A stretch of DNA of 9,562 nt from Chlorokybus atmophyticus (Eukaryota > Plantae > Mesostigma and Chlorokybus algae): contig RHPI01002240.1 in the NCBI GenBank assembly GCA_009103225.1, positions 1 to 9,562 on the forward strand, read 5' to 3'. Made by a program: the position numbers and the translations under genes. Below, piece by piece: positions 6,173 to 9,562 of this stretch. The number at the start of each line of letters is the position of its first letter. Position 1 is the first letter of the stretch. Below the pieces are notes generated by a model. It searched no databases and was not told where the DNA came from. It was given only the letters and a program-made list of their open reading frames with translations.

Positions 6173-7782
6173 AGTGTTCGCAAGGAAGAGCAAGGCTACA
6201 GGGGGAAGAACAGACCTCCTCAGCGTAAGGGACCAGAGACACGTCCGCGCGCTGCTGCTGTTGCCGCCAAGGCTTCAGCCAACCCACCAGCTAATGACCA
6301 TATGGCCCTCATGGCGCGTATGGCACGCTTGGAGGAAGACAAGGAGCAGGACTACCGCGCCTGCTACGCTGCCCGATGGGCGCTGATGGCTGCAAAGCGC
6401 GAGAGAGACAGGAACACTCCGTCCCGCGTGCAACCATCACGACGAGCACGAGGGGAAGCTGCAACAGCATCAGCAGGCACCTCCTCCGAAGCCACCAGTG
6501 GTGCTGCCTCGGCAGCAACAGCCACACCGGCTACAACGTCGACTCCACCAACACCAGCAGCACCCACTCCAGTTGCACCACAACCTGGTACACCGATGGA
6601 CACCGTGCCGCCGACACTGGTGAGCACATTGGCAACAGCCGCTATCTCTACCGAATCTGCACCAGTGGGCGGTGCACTTCCCACTGCAGCAGTGCCTCTG
6701 CCCGTAGGCGTTGAGACAACTCTCGCACCACTGACCGGTACCGTCGCAACTGCCACAATTGCCATCGTCGAGCCCGCTGTCTCTGCAGCGACGCGCGCAG
6801 CCACCCTGCCCGCTCTCGACGTCACTCAGGCTGTCCCAACTGGTCAGCAAGCTGAGCGGGCATGGGAGACCATCCTGCGCGGAGCAAACCCCACTACCAT
6901 CGCTTGCGGTCGGGGGGGAGAGCGCACCACGCGTGTCGCCCGCGATGATCGCGTCTTCCCATTACCAGAGGTTCACACCCTTCCAGCACTCACTCAACAC
7001 CAGTTGGAAGATGAGATCCTTGCTGGCACTGCACCTGCGATGCGTGATAGGGTGTTTTTGATCAGCTACAGCCCACCTGTAGTGTTGGAGTTGGCCCTGC
7101 AGCTGTTCTGGGCGTTGCACAACAACATGCAGACCGCCCCGCGCCAGCCTGCACACATGCCAACCACCACCTTTGAACCCAGCCCGCTAGACACGTATCA
7201 GGACCGCCGAGACACCGTCCAGCAGCGCATCGCCGACGCAGCCGACCTACCTTTGGGCACTGATGAAGCACTCGGACCTCCTACAACCGCTCGCCTTCAT
7301 CAGCGCTACCACGCACTGGAACAAGCATATCATTGGCGACGGGATTAAGCTGCCGCCATTGCTGCACGTGAACAAGCTCTTGAAGCTACGCGTGCACCAG
7401 TACCTCAGTCACCAGCTGCTGGTCCATCCTCCAGCACCACTCCGCTCTTCGTCGAGACCAACTCTGACCAAGCGAGGGCGTTGGCTCAACAAGCCAGGGG
7501 GGTGATCGCCCCGTTGCTGCCTGCGCTGGTGGAGGATCTACCTGAAGACCAAAGGGAGCCAAGGAGGGGCTACCTTACACTACAAGGGTGTACACAAAGA
7601 GATGGAGCAGGGCTGGTTGGAGAGCAACAACTACGCACTGCTCTGTTGCGACAAGCAACCATGCTGCATCGGCAAGAAGGCATTGGACTTCGGCAGATGC
7701 TTGGGATGCGAGACAATGGCAACGCGGCACGCGCACGGTTAGTGACGTGGCTGGTCACCAACCATCCCGCAGTCCCGTTGTT

Positions 7783-8057
7783 TGCTTTCGGCGCCAGAAT
7801 AGCGTGGGTGGACGCATTCCTTCGCTCCATACGGCAAGCCTATGATGAAGTGGCTTCCGCCGCCACTGACACTCTGGAGGGAGCTCTGGAGGCTATACTG
7901 AGTTTGCCAGGAGTGGAGGNTGCTTTCGGCGCCAGAATAGCGTGGGTGGACGCATTCCTTCGCTCCATACGGCAAGCCTATGATGAAGTGGCTTCCGCCG
8001 CCACTGACACTCTGGAGGGAGCTCTGGAGGCTATACTGAGTTTGCCAGGAGTGGAGG
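7783..8057 (+). repeat. Exact 137-bp tandem duplication separated by one N (probable assembly artefact)
   Basis: 7783-7919 is identical to 7921-8057; N at 7920. Confidence 0.9.
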
Positions 8058-8257
8058 CAGGACGTCAGCGCAGGCGCATCGCCGCTGCTTACGAGCAGCA
8101 TGTCCAACAGCCAGAGACCCGCCTCACTGTACGCACACGAGCAATAACAGTGCTGGAAGTGGGAGTGGTCAACGGCAGATGGGATGCTTACATGGCAGGG
8201 ATCCTCAGGGTGCCCACCATCACTCACGACATGAGGGCGCGGCTCCTACGCGCAGNG

Positions 8258-8625
8258 CTCATGCCTCAGAACCATCGCTATATAGACGTGAACAACAATG
8301 CGACGGCTACATGGAAAGGTACACTAGTCAGAGAGGCAGCCCATGCTGTGCGGTGGACCTATGCAGAGGAGCAGGCTGCACGAGAGGCAGTCCCGCAAAC
8401 ACCAGGTCCTCCAGGGTTCCCGCCACAGCCACTGGCCACTNCCTCATGCCTCAGAACCATCGCTATATAGACGTGAACAACAATGCGACGGCTACATGGG
8501 AAGGTACACTAGTCAGAGAGGCAGCCCATGCTGTGCGATGGACCTATGCAGAGGAGCAGGCTGCACGAGAGGCAGTCCCGCAAACACCAGGTCCTCCAGG
8601 GTTCCCGCCACAGCCACTGGCCACT
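8258..8625 (+). repeat. 183-bp near-exact tandem duplication bounded by Ns (probable assembly artefact)
   Basis: 8258-8440 vs 8443-8625 differ at two substitutions (tggaaag/tgggaag; gcggtgg/gcgatgg). Ns at 8256 and 8441; the 185-bp period breaks the frame. Confidence 0.88.
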
Positions 8626-8833
8626 CCTCCTGGCATGACGACAGCTGCACGGAGGGTCAACCCTCCTGCACCTCCACTTGGACAGGTTGCAGCAGCACCT
8701 CCAGTGCCTAGGCCACCACGCGTGTACCATCATCCGCGACAAGGACGGTTTGGACAAAGCCGAGGACAAGGAGGCCCACAAGATCCATCAGGCAGAGGAG
8801 CCCTGGCTGCCCTACGGTCAGGCCTCAGATGAG

Positions 8834-9562
8834 GGTGAAGCAACAGTCTCTCCACGCAAGAGGTTCCGTCGCTTCAAGAGGCTGCGCATCAACGCCAATG
8901 CAGCCATGATCGCCAACCAAGGCAAGCACGTGACTGTCAATGGTCGGGCACCCAAACGCGTGATGCTGGACACTGGAGCACAGCCTGTCATCATTGGGCG
9001 CTACCTCGCACGAGATCTCGGCATCACCAGCGCTGAGCTGCTTCCCTGTCCCTACCAGCTGGACACCGCAACCGGCAACCGCGACAAGGTGCTCGGCCTT
9101 ACCAAGCAGACTGTGAGCATCCGCCTCACAGGACTAAACCCTTCCCACAGCACCGAGATTGTACAAAGGTGTGTGGTCACCGATGCCGGGTCCTTTGACC
9201 TACTGCTGGGACAGGACTTCAACTTCCCTGTCGGCATGGGGATGGACTGCTGAACTGAGCAGGCATGGTTCCGACCGCATTGGGATGAGGATGATGGAGA
9301 GGAGCAGGGATTCCTACCTCTCGAGCTGGTGGCCAAGGCCCGCTCACAACGAAGGTCGGCTGCAACAGCCACCTACAGTCCTATAGAAAGCTCACGTGTG
9401 CCTCGTGCCCGAACGCAGCCGAGGACAACTGCAACGAGCTCGAGCCCGAGCCTAAACTCTGAAGAGGACTCTCCTATACCGTACGATGAGTCTCAGGAGA
9501 CTGTCACCAAAGAAGTGGCCTTTCAGGAGCCATCCGAGCGTCGCTGGAGCGCACAAGTAGCA
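8834..9562 (+). pseudogene. pol: pol 5' end: retroviral-type aspartic protease, with one in-frame stop; runs off window
   Basis: VMLDTGAQPVIIG (DTG at 8969-8977) and FDLLLGQDF (DLLLGQDF at 9197-9220) give both retropepsin motifs. TGA at 9251-9253 interrupts a frame that then stays open to 9562 (TEQAWFRPHWDEDDGEEQGFLPLE...). No RT motif is in the window. Confidence 0.88.

Larger units (their letters stand above)
4598..8832 (+). pseudogene. gag: Gag-like ORF1, about 1,303 aa once two N-associated duplications are collapsed; three in-frame stops
   Basis: ORF-track pieces 4598-5269, 5531-7348 and 7481-8470 share one frame, separated only by TAA 5267-5269, TAG 5465-5467 and TAA 7346-7348. Removing the 138-bp and 185-bp duplications puts the 8179-8832 frame in register (3912 bp = 1304 codons). 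Gag-like motifs include FSGRAGTTSLDEFIIKF and KVEELRRFRRKPNEDPLRLYSRL. Confidence 0.8.
3846..9562 (+). mobile_element. Degenerate Ty3/gypsy-like LTR retrotransposon, 5' part (continues past window end)
   Basis: Non-coding leader, then gag with two CCHC knuckles, then a retropepsin. Superfamily is inferred from the protease context because RT/IN order is not visible. The 5' boundary is a guess (first TGTA after the preceding ORF) because no second LTR is available. Confidence 0.7.

Noticed and set aside
4635-8781. Many antisense and alternate-frame ORFs over gag (e.g. 5026-5454, 6364-6825, 6470-6850, 7739-8227)
   Set aside because: Shadow frames of a GC-rich, low-complexity coding region with no independent motifs.
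1-9562. CRISPR array, rRNA or prokaryotic operon
   Set aside because: No regularly spaced repeat-spacer array or rRNA-like sequence; introns and LTR elements indicate a eukaryote.

Overview
Eukaryotic, repeat-dense window made almost entirely of nested transposable elements, with no intact host gene. The protease context resembles plant or streptophyte-alga Ty3/gypsy elements, but that is recollection, not a search result. In order: (1) the right end of one Tc2/pogo-type DNA transposon (1-49) and, 445 bp away, the left end of a second copy (from 495). (2) The second copy carries a decayed, spliced CENP-B/pogo-type transposase gene (exons about 733-965 and 1736-1987). (3) Its intron holds a complete 530-bp TRIM-type LTR element on the minus strand (993-1522), with 78/79-bp LTRs, a 5-bp CTGTG TSD and a PPT. 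The TRIM's 5' LTR/PBS junction lies in tRNA cloverleaf register and has Pol III A and B boxes; this is the most unusual observation. (4) A poorly resolved block (about 2073-3841) with gene-like fragments and a 496-bp CAC...GTG non-autonomous TIR element. (5) A degenerate Ty3/gypsy-like LTR retrotransposon from about 3850 to beyond the window end. Its ORF1 is about 1,300 codons long (gag core, two CCHC knuckles, a G/N/Y octapeptide repeat and an unrecognised 800+ aa extension), followed by an aspartic protease in the +1 frame. Four single N bases (2072, 7920, 8256, 8441) mark probable assembly joins, and the adjacent duplications are treated as likely artefacts.
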